Shown here one piece after another: positions 24,790 through 38,500 of a stretch of 64,000 bases of DNA (position 1 is the stretch's first letter; each line of letters opens with the position of its first letter). The notes beneath the pieces were generated by a model. The model was given only the letters and a program-made list of their open reading frames with translations, was not told where the DNA came from and did not search any database. The stretch spans positions 102,114,001 through 102,178,000 of the forward strand of contig NC_082708.1 of NCBI RefSeq assembly GCF_030144855.1, in the 5' to 3' direction. The DNA comes from Hypanus sabinus (Eukaryota). The translations under genes were made by a program, and so were the position numbers.

Positions 24790-26775
24790 AAGAAAGGCAT
24801 GGAGGGGCAAGTGATGTCTTGCAGCTCTGGTTGGGTTTAATGGAAAACAATGGTAAACTCATGGTGATCAGCTCTACGGCAAGTATCTAGCTTGAGAAAA
24901 TTTGATTCAGAACTGATGATCTAGAATCCAAGATCCAGACTCTCCAAAGTATTGGAAAATAAAGGGAAAACTACCTAAGTACCTTGTTCCAGGAGGGTAA
25001 ATATTAAGGAATTTGAATGTGAAGAGTGACAGAGGAATGAGTGTTCAAACTGGGTATAGAGCTGAGGAAATTGGCCTTAGAGGAGTCTCCATATGAGATT
25101 CTATGTGATGAGAGGAAAGACTCCAGTGTAGTTCTGCAAGCTGACAATACTGGGGGCCATTCCAGTTAAGAGAGTGGAAAGATATGTGTGTAGGAGCCAT
25201 GTATCTGTTCTCTATCTAATTTGTATTTTGTGCTGCTGGGTTTATTATGTTTATTATGGTAACTAGTTACATGAGAGAGAGCATGGTAAAAGTGAAGTGA
25301 GTAAGTTTTGTATTCTTGCTTATTTTGTGACATTTCATTGCTTGGGACCAACTGAAGTCATATCTTTGCTGACTGGTTAATGTCGCTTCAAGATTATATG
25401 TTTGCTAATTACTAATAAAGAATTCAACTCTTTGGAACAATCGTTTCCTGGGAGCTGAGAGTGTGTCATGCAAATATAACAATCATGGTGGTCATAAGCT
25501 ACCAGAGATTGTTTAGATTTTGGATTGGTTTTGCTGCCATGGTGTAGTACCCATCTGATTCAAGGCTTAAAGACTTTACCACAGAGCCGAAGAGGAATTT
25601 GGAGTGGAAGAGTAAAAATTCAGTTGTCATGATCCGTGTTGGATTGAAGCCATAGACAGGATAAAGAAACAGGTTATGTTTAATGAATAGGAGCTCCTAG
25701 ATTCAAATTAGAATGTAGACATATAAAAATAATAATCTTAAGATTATTACCTGAGCCACATGCAAATCGGGTGGAATGAATAGGATCACTGAATTGATTG
25801 TGTAGCTTGAGGTTGGTATAGGGAGAGTTCGATTTAAACTTACAAGACATCGGCACCAATTTGGGGAAAAGGGGACTGCTCCATTAGAGTAGACCATATG
25901 AATTGAGCTGGAACCAATTTCTTGCTGATTTGATGAATTAATGTTGCACGTAAAGCTTTATAGTATGTAGGGGTGAAATGGGGTAGAGGTGAATAATTCC
26001 AGAGAGGTGGAATTTAGAAAACGTGAAATGGACGATGATGAAATGGGTAATGATGACCAGAGTCTGTCAGGAAGGTGACAGGACGTACAAATATAACAAT
26101 ATGTCTCCAATTAGAATCAAAGCAGAGGAAAGTAATAAAATGACAAAATTGATTATATTTATCTGAATGTAAAAAAAAGGTCAACATAATGGCATAAACA
26201 AATATAAATTATATGATTTAATAACATTGAACAGTGTGTCAAAATGCTGTAGAAGGTGGGGTAGATCTGACAATGAAGCATGAGAAAAATTAGCAGACAG
26301 GAAGGAGTTTAGCTCAGATGATTAACACATAGAATCTCTCTGAATGAAGCTAAGAGACAAGAAGTGTCAAGAAACTTTGTTAGGAATTATATCTAGTCTG
26401 CATACAGTAGTGTTTCTTTTACAGGGATTTGTATAAAACATGAAATTAGATGCACGTGAAACAAAAGTAATAGAATAATCATGGAAGTATTAAAACCATG
26501 GAGCCATGTAGCATAAAATAGATTATATACTGATCTACCTTGGAGAGAAAAGCCTGTTTTAGTACTACAGTTGTATAAAGAGAAAAAGTTAAATGATTAT
26601 CTACTATTCTAAGGGTCTTTGAGGTAAAGTGATGATATGGTAACATTTTATACATATGGAGTTTAGAAAAATAGAGGTCTATGGCTAAGCCTAGGTAGTT
26701 CTAAGGTAAGGACATGTTCGGCACAGCTTTTTGGGCTAAAGGGCATGTATTGTGCTATAAGTTTTCTATGTTTCT
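24790..26775 (+). mobile_element. Ancient CR1-like remnants plus a younger CR1 3' tail (~26668-26775)
   Basis: Faint ORF1, esterase and endonuclease resemblance to 19480-23695. Tail acatgttcggcacagc...ttctatgtttct is the reverse complement of the tail at ~14870. Confidence 0.5.
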
Positions 26776-27271
26776 GTATAAAGATTGTATGTGAAATTGA
26801 GGTGAAAAATAAGACATCATCTCATTGGACGCTGGAAGAGACATAGAGCTGAATGGTCCTCTCCTGCTATTTCCTACTTCCTTATGGTCATATCTGCCTT
26901 ATGATCTCACATTAATATGTATTTGGACTGTTCAGGATTATGAACTATTTGTTTGATCAACAATCTTTCAAAACATTATAAGCTCAATTCAACCTATTGG
27001 ATATTCCTATTTTCCTGTTGGATATTCTCCAGAAATAAAGTTCACAGAAATTGTGAAAACGTTAAATTCTTGGCTTCTTCATCTTGGGAAAAGTTAGAGA
27101 ATGCCTCAGTAGATTAGGGAACCTCAGAGAAACCGACCTAAACTTTCAGATCAATGATCTTCAACCAGATGTTAAGATGAATCTTAAGTGCTTTTAAGAT
27201 GAGGCAATATTGCTTTGGTTTTAATACACTGTGTCCTTGTATCCCAGTACTGTCTTGAAATAATGTAATAC

Positions 27272-27485
27272 TGTGGTGACCCACTTTCTGCACAGGCAAA
27301 CCGGCTCACAAATAGCCAGCGCACGGGGAGAGACTTTGATAATGCACCCCTGATGTCAGTTCCGCCCAGAGAGGGCGGGCGCTAGAGATTAAATGCCAGC
27401 GCCGTGAAGTTTGAATAAACTAGTCTCAAAACGACTTAACGACTGCGTGTCATTATCTCAGCACTGTGTGTAGCATATCGCTATA
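27272..27485 (+). repeat. 5' LTR
   Basis: TG start, AATAAA, colinear with 31254-31467. Confidence 0.95.
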
Positions 27486-27486
27486 T

Positions 27487-27498
27487 TGGTGACCCCGA
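27487..27498 (+). promoter_or_regulatory. Primer-binding site complementary to the tRNA-Trp 3' end
   Basis: TGGTGACCCCGA immediately after the 5' LTR matches the start of the known tRNA-Trp PBS (TGGTGACCCCGACGTGAT). Confidence 0.85.
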
Positions 27499-27524
27499 TG
27501 GTCCAAACGGGATTTGGGCCAAAG

Positions 27525-30500
27525 ATGACCGACTCTTCAACTGTTCACGCAGTTTTGCTAAAACTGCCGACTTTCTGGACGCTGCGACCATGCGTGTGGT
27601 TTAGCCAAGCAGAAGCCCAGTTCCAGATTCGGCAGATATCTTTTGATTCCACGTGTTACTATCGCGTGGCGAGTGCCCTTGACCAGGAGACGGCCACCCA
27701 AGTTGAGGATTTCATACAGTCACCCCCGGAAGAAGGCAAATATGAAGCATTCAAAGCGCTGCTCATTGGGAACTTTGGCCTCTCACGGCGTGAGCGGGGT
27801 GCCCGCCTGCTTCACCTGGATGGTTTGGGAGGCAGACTGCCGTCAGCATTGATGAACGAGATGCTGGCCCTGGCCGACGGACACAAGCCCTGCCTCATGT
27901 TCGAGCAAGCGTTCCTAGAGCAACTGCCCAAGGACATACATCTGCTGCTGGCTGATGCAGATTTCAGCGACCCCTGGAAGGTGGAGGCCCGGGCAGATGT
28001 GCTGTGGAAAGCCAAGAGGGAGAGTATGGTGTCCGTTGGTCAGATTACCAGGCCACGTGCCCAACAGCGGACCAGAACAGGCCCGGCAGGGAGGCGCACA
28101 CAACCCAGAGGCAGGAGTGAGGAGGCCAGTGAACAGTGGTGTTTCTACCACCAGCGGTGGGGCACAAAAGCCTGCATTTGTCGCCCGCCCTGCAAGGGCC
28201 AGGGCCAGCTGCCGCTAATGACTATGGCGGCTGGCCACCAGGAGCCTCTTGTACATCTGGGACTAACAGTCGGGACGTCGTTTCTCGGTCAACACCGGAG
28301 CGGAAATTAGCGTCTGGCCCCTGACGGGGTACGACACCCGCAACAGGAAGCCAGAACCCACCCTGAGGGCTGCAAAAGGCAGCATGATACGGACCTATGA
28401 CACCCGCACAGTGCAACTGCAGTTCGGCACCAGCCGGTTCACGTGGGACTTCACACTGGCCGCGGTGGCCCAACCACTCCTGGGGGCGGACTTCTTGTGA
28501 GCTCACAGCCGGCTGGTCGACTTGCAAGGGAAAAGACTGGTACATGCCGAGACTTTCCAGACGTTCTCCCTGGGTGAAGCCAAGTTGCCGGCCCCACACC
28601 TGAACTCCATCACCCTGTCGGACAACAAATCCACCAGAATCCTGGCGGACTTTCCATCGATTCTGGCACCGCCGTTCACGGTAGCCATGCCCAGACACGG
28701 GGTTCAGCACCACATCCCAACCCAGGGACCACCCCTCCAAGCCCGCGCATGATGGCTCCCCCCAGAAAAGCTCCGCCTGGCGAAGGAGGAGTTCAAGAGG
28801 ATGGAGGAATTGGGGATCGTACGGAGGTCCGACAGCCCATGGGCCTCCCCCCTGCACATGCTGCCCAAAGCAGCCGGGGGTTGGAGACCATGCGGCGACT
28901 ACCGCAGACTGAACGAGGCTACAACTCCAAACCGCTACCCCATGCCGCACATACAGGACTTTGCAGCAAACCTGCACAGGGCAAGAATCTTTTCCAAAGT
29001 AGACCTTGTCTGGGGATACCATCAAATCCCGGTGCACCCTGAAGACATCCCCAAAACAGCACTCATCACCCCGTTCGGCCTGTTCGATTTCCTCTGAATG
29101 CTGTTCAGCCTTAAGAATGCCGCATAGACGTTCCAGCGGCTAATGGATGCGGTGGGATGCGACCTGGACTTTGCGTTCATCTATTTGGACGACATCCTTA
29201 TAGACAGCATTAGTCGTCAGGAGCATCTGTCCCACCTCCGCCAGCTCTACTGCCGCCTGAGTGATTTCGGCCTCACGATCAACCCAGCCAAATGCCAGTT
29301 CAGTCTCGATACCATCGACTTCCTGGGCCACAGGATTACCAAAGACGGGGCAACACCTCTGCCCACCAAGGTAGACGCGATCCGCCACTTTGCCCGGCCC
29401 AACACGGTCAAAGGCCTGCAGGAGTTTGTTGGTATGGTGAACTTCTACCACTGTTTCCTCCCCTCAGCTGCCCGTTTCATGCGCCCTTTGTACACCCTAC
29501 TTGGGATGAGGAGGCCGCGGCCACTTTTGTTAAAGCCAAGGAAGCCTTGCAGATGCCGCGATGCTGGTGCACCCCAGAACAGACGTTCTGACCGCCCTCA
29601 CGGTGGACGCATCTGACACAGCAGTCGGTGGGGTGCTGGAGCAGCTCATTGAAGGGAGCTGGCAACCCCTGACGTTCTTCAGCAAGCACCTAAGGCCACC
29701 CGAACTCAAGTACAGTGCTTTCGACCGGGAGCTGTTGGCACTGGATCTGGCAATCCAGCATTTCAGGTACTTCTTGGAAGGCAGGCCATTCACCGCATTC
29801 ATGGACCACAAACCGTTGACCTTCGCGTTCACGAAGGTGTCCAATCCCTGGTCGGCTCGCCAGCAGCGACATCTGTCCTACATCTCCAAGTACACGACGG
29901 AGATCCAGCATGTCTCGGGAAAGGACAACGTAATGGCGGACGCACACTCCAGACCAGCTGTCCAGGCCCAGTCCCTGGGGTGGACTATGCAGCACTGGCG
30001 GAGGCACAGAAGGCAGACGATGAGATGCCCAACTACAGGACCGCAGCCTCGGGTTTGCAGCTGCAGGACTCTCTCATAGGCCCAGGTGAGAGGACCCTCC
30101 TGTGCGACGTGGCTACCAGCCAACCTCGCCCCATCGTCCCGGCAGCCTGGAGGCGATGAGTTTTCGACTCCATACACGGTTTGGTGCACCCATCTATCAG
30201 GACAACCATCCTGCTGGTCTCCAGCAAGTTCACGTGGCACGGACTTCGCAAGCAGGTCAATGAATGGGGCAGAACGTGTGTGCAGTGCCAAACAGCCAAG
30301 GTGCAGCGGCACACTAAAGCCCTGCCACAGCAGTTCGAACCCACCCACCAGAGGTTCGACCACATTCATGTGGATATCGTGGGCCCCCTACCAGTGTCCT
30401 GAGGAGCGCGGTACCTCCTAACTATGGTAGACCGGTTCACGAGGTGACCAGAGGTGGTCCCGCTCACCAACACATCTGCCGATTCCTGCGCCCGAGCACT

Positions 30501-31240
30501 GATCACAACCTGGGTAGCACGCTTCGGGGTACTGGCCCAAATTACCTCCTACAGAGGCGCCCAGTTCATCTCCAGCCTGTGGTCGGCTGTGACCAACCTG
30601 TTGGGAACGCAGCTACACCCACACAACTGCCTACCACCCACAGTCGAACGGACTGGTGGAACGCTTCCACCGTCATTTGAAGTCGGCTCTCGTGGCCCGC
30701 CTGAGAGGACCTAACTGGGTGTACGAGCTTCCCTGGGTCCTGCTTGGAATTCGCACAGCGCCCAAAGAGGATCTGCACGCCTCGGCGGCCGAATTGGTGT
30801 ATGGCGCGCCCCTGGCCCTCCCGGGAGAGTTCATACCAGCCCCAAGGGGGCAAGAGGAAGAACTCGCAGCTGTCCTGGACAGGCTACGTGAAAGGCTTGG
30901 CAATCTGGCCCCCATACTGACTTCACAGCACGGACGGACCCCAACCCATGTACCCAAAGACCTGCAGGACTGTAAGTTTGTGTTTGTGCGAAGGGGCGGA
31001 CACCGGGCACTGCTACAGCAGCTGTACGAAGGGCCATTCAAGGTGATCAGCAACAACGGGTCCACGTACGTTCTGGACATTGGGGGGGAAGGAGGAGGTT
31101 TTCACGGTGGACCGACTCAAACCAACCCATGTGGACTTGGCGCAGCCGGTCGAGGTTCAGGCACCGCGGCGCAGAGGCAGGCCTCCCAAACAGAGGCTGA
31201 TCCAGACTGTGGACATTGAGGGGTGTATCGCCGATTCTGG
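27525..31240 (+). pseudogene. Gypsy gag-pol (disrupted)
   Basis: ORF fragments 27486..28310, 28801..29097, 29143..29616, 29561..30079, 30181..30402, 30656..31219 in the order gag-PR-RT-RH-IN. Confidence 0.93.
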
Positions 31241-31253
31241 GGGCGGGGGGTTC

Positions 31254-31467
31254 TGTGACGACCCACTTTCTGCGCAGGCGAACCGTCTCACAAATAGCCA
31301 GCGCAGGTGGGGAGACTTTGGTAATGTACCTCTGACGCCATTTTGGCTCAGAGAGGGCGGGCACTAGGGATTAAATGCCAGCGCCGTGAAGTTTGAATAA
31401 ACTAGTCTTGAAACGACTTACCGACTGCGTGTCGTTATTTCAGCGCTGTGTGTAGCACATCGTTACA
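31254..31467 (+). repeat. 3' LTR, preceded by polypurine tract 31239-31250
   Basis: TG...CA ends; G-rich tract gggggcgggggg upstream. Confidence 0.95.
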
Positions 31468-31679
31468 ATACCTAACTTTTTGTGGTTGATGAACTGAGAC
31501 TATTAAACAAGCAAATCAAATATCCATTTCATGAATCTGGTTCCATTTGTGACAGATTTTGTCAAGATATGATCAAATTGATATGGTTGGTTTAATAAAT
31601 TATTTGGAGATACTGAGAGTTCATAGCCTGTGTTTTCATGTCAAATAAAGACAACAAAGTTAAATAGCCAAAAGGACAC

Positions 31680-32680
31680 ACTGAGTAAAGATAGGCAGCA
31701 ACCTCTCTGCCACAATTATTTCAAAGACTTGTGCTCCACAAGATTGTGTCTTCAGCCTGCCCCTATTCAACTCCCTATATACTCATGAATGTGTGGTCAG
31801 ATTCTGCTCTAGCTCCATCTAAAAGTTTGCAGATGATACCATCATAATGGGTCATATCTCAAGTAATGATTAGTCAGAGTACAGTAAGAAGATAGCTTAG
31901 TGATACAGTGTCATGACAATAACATTGCTCTCAATGTCAGCAAAGAACTGGTCATTCACTTCAGAAAAGAGGCAGTGCACAAACCCCTGTCTACATCAAT
32001 GGTGTTGAGTTTGAGAGGGTTGAGAGCCTCAATTTCTCAGGAGTGAACATCACCAATTGCCTGACTTGATCCAATCATGTTGGTGTCACAGCCAAGAAAG
32101 CTCAGAGATGCCTCTACTTCCTTAGGAGACTAAATAAATTTGTCACATGGATAATAGGTGCAGAAGTAGGCCATTTAGCCCTTCGACCCAGCACCACCAT
32201 TCAATGTGATCATGGCTGATCTTCCACAATCAGTACCCTGTTCCTGCCTTCTCCCCATATCCCTTGATTCTGCTGTCTTTAAGAGCTCTAACTAACTCTT
32301 GCTGCCTCACTGAAGCAGCCAGCATTACAAAAACCCAACTACCCCAGACGTTCTCTCTTCTCCCCTCTCTCATCGGGTAGAAAATATAAGATTCTGAAAG
32401 CACATACCACCAGTCAGCTTTTATCCCAGTTACTGAGACTCTTGAATAGACTTCTTGTGTGATAAGATGCACTCTTGACCTCACAATGCTACCTTGTTTG
32501 CACGTTATCATTTTCCTACACTGAACTTCTTTGGAATTGTTTACACTTTATTCTGCATCGTTAATTTTTGCCTTATTCTACCTCAAAGTACTATGTAATT
32601 ATTTGAACTGCATGAATAGTATGCACGATGATATCGTCACAGTATTTTGGTGCATATGACAATAATAAAGTAATACCAGA
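31680..32680 (+). mobile_element. Rex1/Babar-like LINE fragment with nested minus-strand CR1 3' end (~32150-32297)
   Basis: aagtttgcagatgataccatc (KFADDT) and AKKAQRCLYFLRRL. Insert gtgcagaagtaggccatttagccc is a CR1 tail in reverse. Confidence 0.8.
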
Positions 32681-32995
32681 AGTAATATCTACCCCTGTAA
32701 ATAGCAGGTCACATACTTGATATTTGAGGCCATTCAGGTGTCACTCCATTCATTGTAATGAGCTTAACAGATTCAACTTTCATTAAGGTTTATATATAGC
32801 TCATCTGATGTAAAATAAAATTTCAAAGCATCTTGCAAGGAGTGAGTGGACACTGCAACAAGTGAACAATCTTAAAATGGGAGATTAATAAATCAGCAAA
32901 AACACAAGCCTTTAGGGACAGGAGACAAGTTAAGCAGCAACAACTCATAAAGTAAATGTGGAAAGACATGTTTATATAGTACATAACAGAAACTC

Positions 32996-34698
32996 AAGTC
33001 AAGTCAAGTCAAGTCACTTTTATTGTCATTTCAACCATAACTGCTATGTACAGTACATAGTAAAAATGAGACAATGTTTTTTCAGGACTGTGATGTTACA
33101 TGACACAGTACAAAAACTAGACTGAACTATGTAAAAAAACAACACAGAGAGAAAAAACAACTACACTAGACTACAGACCTACCCAGGACTGCATGAAGTG
33201 CACAAAACAGTGCAGGCAATACAATAAATAATAAACAGGACTATACGACAGTAAGGTGTCAGTCCAGGCTCTGGGTATTGAGGAGTCTAATAGTTTGCGG
33301 GAAGAAACTGTTACATAGTCTGGTTGTGAGAGCCCGAATGCTTTGGTGCCTTTTCCCGGATGACAGGAGGGAGAAGAGTTTGTGTGATGGGTGCATGGGG
33401 TCCTTCATAATGCTGTTTGCTTTGTGGATGCAGCATGTGGCGTGAAGTCTGTAATGGCAGGAAGAGAGACCCCAGTGATCTTCTCAACTGACCTCACTAT
33501 CCACTGCAGGGTCTTGTGATCCGAGATGGTGCAATTTCTGAACCAGGCAGTGATGCAGCTGCTCAGGATGCTCTCAATACAACCCCTGTAGAATGTGATG
33601 AGGATGGGGGGTGGGAGATGGACTTTCCTCAGCCTTTGCAAAAAGTAGAGATGCTGCTGTCTGTCTTTGCTATGGAGCTGATGTTGAGGGAACAGGTAAG
33701 ATTCTCCGCCAGGTGAACACCAAGAAATTTGGTGCTCTTAACGATCTCTACCGAGGAGCCGTCAATGTTCAGTGGGGAGTGGTCACTCTGTGCCCTCCTG
33801 AAGTCAACAAATATCTCTTTTGTTCACATTCAGAGACAGGCTGTTGTCTCTGCACCAGTCCGTTAGCTGCTGCACCTCCTCTCTGTAAGCTGACTCATCA
33901 TTCTTGCTGATGAGACCAACCACGGTCGTGTCATCGGTGAACTGGATGATATGGTTCGAGCTGTGTGTTGCAGCACAGTCGTGGGTCAGCAGAATGATCA
34001 GCAGTGGACTGAGCACACAGCCCTGGGGGGGCCCTTGCTCAGTGTGATGGTGTTGGAGATGCTGTTCCTGATCCGGACTGACTGAGGTCTCCCAGTCAGG
34101 AAGTCTAGGATCCAGCTACAGAGGGAGGTGTTTAGACCCAGCATGCTCAGCTTTCCAGTCAGTTTCTGAGGGATGATTGTGTTGAATGCTGAACTAAAGT
34201 CTATGAACAGTATCCCAACGTATGTGTCTTTTTGTCCAGGTGGGTTAGGGCCAGGTAGAGGGTGGTGGCAATGGCGTCATCTGTTGAGTGGTTGGGCGGT
34301 ACGCTAACTGCAGGGGTTGCAGTGAGGGGGCAGCAGGGTCTTGATATGCCTCATGATGAGCCTCTCGAAATACTTCATGATGACGGACATTGAGGCAGGA
34401 CACTGAAGACTTCTACACGGGGTCAATGGTGGTAGTCTTGAAGCACGTTGGAATGGTGGCGCTGCTCAGGGAGATGTTGAAGATGTCAGTGAGAACATCT
34501 GCTAGCTGGTCTGCACATCCTCTGAGCACTCTGCCAGGAATATTGTCTGGTCCAGCAGCCTTCTGTGGGTTGACCCTGCACAGGGTTCTTCTCACATCGG
34601 CCACAGTGAGACACAGCACCTGGTCATTTGGAGGAGGGGTGGACTTCCTCGCCGCCACATCATTTTCCACCTCAAAGCCGGCGTAGAAGTTATTCAGC
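32996..34698 (-). mobile_element. 5'-truncated Rex1/Babar-like LINE with (CTTGA)n tail
   Basis: [62 protein letters not shown]; (caagt)n at ~32995-33015. Confidence 0.93.
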
Positions 34699-34843
34699 GG
34701 TCACATATGTGGCCCACGCTCCTAGAAGATAGCAGTGTGGTTAATGTAGATGAACTGAACACTCTGATGAGGGAGAGGGAGGAGTGGAGTCCGTCACCTT
34801 GCTCGATACCGGACCCCTAGGCCTGAGTCAATGTAGTAGTAGT
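34699..34843 (+). mobile_element. Probable RTE-like LINE 3' end with (TAG)n tail, opposite in orientation to the adjacent Rex1 copy
   Basis: gtggcccacgctcctagaagatagc resembles RTE C-terminal coding (VAHVLED-like); ends gtagtagtagt. Lies inside the TSD acagaaactc (32986-32995 / 34844-34853). Confidence 0.5.
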
Positions 34844-35519
34844 ACAGAAACTCGGGATCAGAGCTCAGTGGTGGACAGCTCAGAACTATCTTGAATGAGG
34901 GGGAAAGGGGAGGTGCATGGAGGTTGGAAGTGGGATTGTAAAGGATATGTATAAATCTTAAAAGGACATCTGAGTAGGGGAAAAAAATTACCTACAGAGG
35001 TAAGAACTGCTCCAGGACTTGTGAAATCTGACTTCTATAGGTGAGGTCCATGCGATTTGTGGATCATACATGCAAAAATTAATTCAGTGCAAACCATATG
35101 TAAACATGCCCTTTAACACTGTTGCATATGTCCAAATCCCTGTGCCCCTATGTGTAACATACACAGATAGAACAGCGAGCACTTTCAGTACACAATTTTG
35201 CTTTGATTAAATTACTTCAGCTATCATATGTACATATGTATGCTGCATGAAATAATTTGTAAGCTCTTCTATCCAGATGAGTCAGAAGTAAAAATGTTAG
35301 GTGGAACCCTGTTAGAAAGATGTATTCGTCAGTGATAGTATATATATTGATAAATCAAAGTAGGCTGCTGCCAGAAGCACAAAATAAGAAAATTATTCAA
35401 GCCTGATGTGCTGGTGCTTTGATCCACAGGGTAGGAAAGTAATTTGGCAAAATTCTTGTAACTGCTAGCCTCACAGCAGCTTATGAACCAAGCCTAATCT
35501 ATGAGGAACTGGGGACAGA

Positions 35520-38500
35520 TCAGAATCAGGTTTATTATCACTGATATATGTTATGAAATGTTCTGTTTCACAGTAGTAATACAGTATCAGTGCAATACAT
35601 TAAAAATTACTGTAAGGCATAATAAAAATATATAAAAACTAAATAAATAGTGCAAAGAGAGAGCAAGCAAGTGTGGTAATTTTCATGGGTTCATAAACCA
35701 TTCAGAAACTGATGGTGGAGAGGAAGAAGCTGTTCCTAAACTACACACACAAAATGCTGGTGGAACGCAGCAGGCCAGGCAGCATCTATAAGGAGAAGCA
35801 TTGTCGACGTTTTGGGCCCTTCGTCAGGACTAACTGAAGGGAAAGATACTTTGAAAGTAGTGGGGGGAGGGGGAAATGCAAAATGTTAGGAGAAGACCGG
35901 AGGGGTGGGATGAAGCTAGAGCTGGAGAGGTGATTGGCGAAAGTGATACAAAGCTGGAGAAGGAAAAGGATCATGGGATGGGAGGCCTTAGGAGAAAGAA
36001 GGTGGGGGGAGCACCAGAGGGAGATGGAGAACAGGCAGAGTGATGGGCAGAGAAAGAGAAAAACACAAACAACTAAATATGTCAAGGATGGGGTAAGAAG
36101 GGGAGGAGGGGCATTAACGGAAGTTAGAGAAGTCAATGTTCATGCCATCAGGTTGGATGCCGGTATATAAGGTGTTGTTCCTCCAACCAGAGTGTGGATT
36201 CATCTTGATAGTAGAGGAGGCCATGGATATTCATATCAGAATGGGAGTGGGACGTGGAATTAAAATGTGTGGCCACTGGGAGATCCTGCTTTCTCTGGCG
36301 GACCGAGCGTAGGTGTTCAGCGAAACAGTCTTCCAGTCTGCGTCGGGTCTCACCAATATATAAAAGGCCACACTGGGAGCACCGGACGCAGTATAACACA
36401 CCAGCTGACTCACAGGTGAAGTGTTGCCTCCCCTGGAAGGACTGTCTGGGGCCCTGAATGGTGGTGAGGGAGGAAGTGTAAGGACAGGTGTAGCACTTGT
36501 TCCATTTACAAGGATAAGTGCCAGGAGGGAGATCATTGGGCAGGGATGGGGGTGTTGAGTGGACAAGGGAGTCGTGTAGGGAGCGATTCCTATGGAAAAA
36601 AGAAAGGGTGGGAGGGAAAGATGTGCTTGGTAGTGGGATTCCGTTGGAGGTGGCGGAAGTTACAGAGAATTATACGTTGGACCTGGAGGCTGATGGGGTG
36701 GTAGGTGAGGACAAGGGGAACCCTATCCTGAGTGGGGTGGCAGGCAGATGGGGTGAGGGCAGATGTGCAGGAAATGGGAGAGATGTGTTTGAGAGCACAG
36801 TTGATGGTGGAAGAAGGGAAGCCCCTTTGTTTAAAAAAGGAAGACATCTCCTTCATCGTGGAATGAAAAGCCTCATCCTGAGAGCAGATGCAGCAGAGAC
36901 GGAGGAATTGTGAGAAGGGGATAGCGTTTTTTGCAAGAGACAGGGTAGGAAGGGGAATAGTCCAGGTAGCTGTGAGAGTCTGTAGGCTTATAGTAGATAT
37001 CAGTAGATAAGCTGTCTTCAGAGATAGAGACAGAAAGATCAAGAAAGGGGAGGGAGGTGTCAGAAATGGACCAGGTAAATTTGAGGGCAGGGTGAAAGTT
37101 GGCGGCAAAGTTAATGAAGTCAACGAGCTCAGCATGCGTGCAGGAGGCAGCGCCAATGCAGTCATCGATGTAGCGAAGGAAAAGAGGGGGACAGATACCT
37201 GTATAGACTTGGAACATGGACTGTTCCACAAAGCCAACAAAAAGGCAGGCATAACTGGGACCCATGCGCGTGCCCATGGCTACACCCTTGGTTTGGAGGA
37301 AGTGGGAGGAGCCAAAGGAGAAATTATTGAGAGTAAGAACTAATTCAGCTAGATAGAGGAGAGTGGTGGCAGAGGGCAATTGGTTAGGTCTGGAATCCAA
37401 AAAGAAGCGAAGAGCTTTGAGACTGTCCTGTTGGGGCATGGAGGTATATAGGGACTGGATATCCATGGTGAAGATAAGACGGTGGGGGCCAGGGAACTTA
37501 AAATCATTGAAAAAATTCAAAGCGTGAAAAGTGTCACGAACATAGGTGGTAAGGGATTGAACAAGGGGGTATGAGTTCGTTGGGGCAGGAGCAAGCTGAG
37601 ACAATAGGTCTAGCTGGACAGGCAGGTTTGCAGATCTTGGGTAGGAAGTAGAAATGGGAAGTGCGGGGTGTGGGAACTATGAGGTTGGTGGCAGTGGCTG
37701 GGAGATTCCCAGAGCTGATAAGGTTGGTGATGGTATAGGAGACAATGGCCTGGTTCTCCTTAGTGGGGTCATGATCAAGGGGTAAATAAGAGGAGGTATC
37801 AGCTAGTTGTTGCTGTGCCTCGGCCAGGTAGAGGTCAGCACGCCAGACTACAACAGCTCCCCCCTTATCAGCAGGTTTTATAGTGAGGTTGGGACTGGTG
37901 CGGAGGGAGCGGAGAGCAGAGCATTCGGAAGGAGTGAGGTTGGAATTGGAACAGGGTGTGGTAAAGTCAAGACGGTTGATGTCCCATCGGCAATTAGCAA
38001 TACAGAGATCTAGAGCAGGTAGAAGACCAGAGCGGGGTGTCCATGAAGAGGAGGAGGGTTGAAGACAGGAGAAGGCATCATCGGTGGGGGTAGGAGAGTC
38101 CTTGTCAAGGAAGTAAGCTCGGAGACGGAGCCGACGGAAGAAGAGTTCAGCGTCATGGCCTACGCAGAACTCACTGAGGTGTGGGCGAAGGGGTACAAAG
38201 CTGAGGCCCATACTGAGGACTGAGCACTCTGCCTCAGAGAGTTGAGGGTCGGAGGGAATGGTAAAGACCCGGCACGGATGAGAGATGGGATCAGAGGGGG
38301 GAGGGAGGCTGGTAGTGTCAGTGGAGAGGGGAGGGTTGGGGTGAGAGGAAGATGGAGCCTCTGAGGGCCCAGGTGATGATGGGATCTGAGGGAGAGGGGA
38401 TTGCAGAGTGGTGGTGGGGGAGGGGGAGACGGGAGTCACAATCTCAGCATGTGAAGACCCGGCCTGGAGTTCAAGGCTGGAGTCGCAGTTGGTGGTTGCG

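Larger units (their letters stand above)
27272..31467 (+). mobile_element. Complete (inactivated) Gypsy/Ty3 LTR retrotransposon, ~4.2 kb
   Basis: 214-bp LTRs at 27272-27485 and 31254-31467. 4-bp TSD ATAC (27268-27271, 31468-31471). PBS and PPT present. Gag KLPTFW...WFSQAEAQF; RT WRPCGDYRRLN and YLDD; RNase H VDAS...YSAFDRELLA; integrase HIHVDIVGPLP and ERFHRHLK. Multiple stops and frameshifts. Confidence 0.97.

Noticed and set aside
28222-29037. 271-aa antisense ORF inside the Gypsy
   Set aside because: Shadow of GC-rich pol with no recognisable motif.
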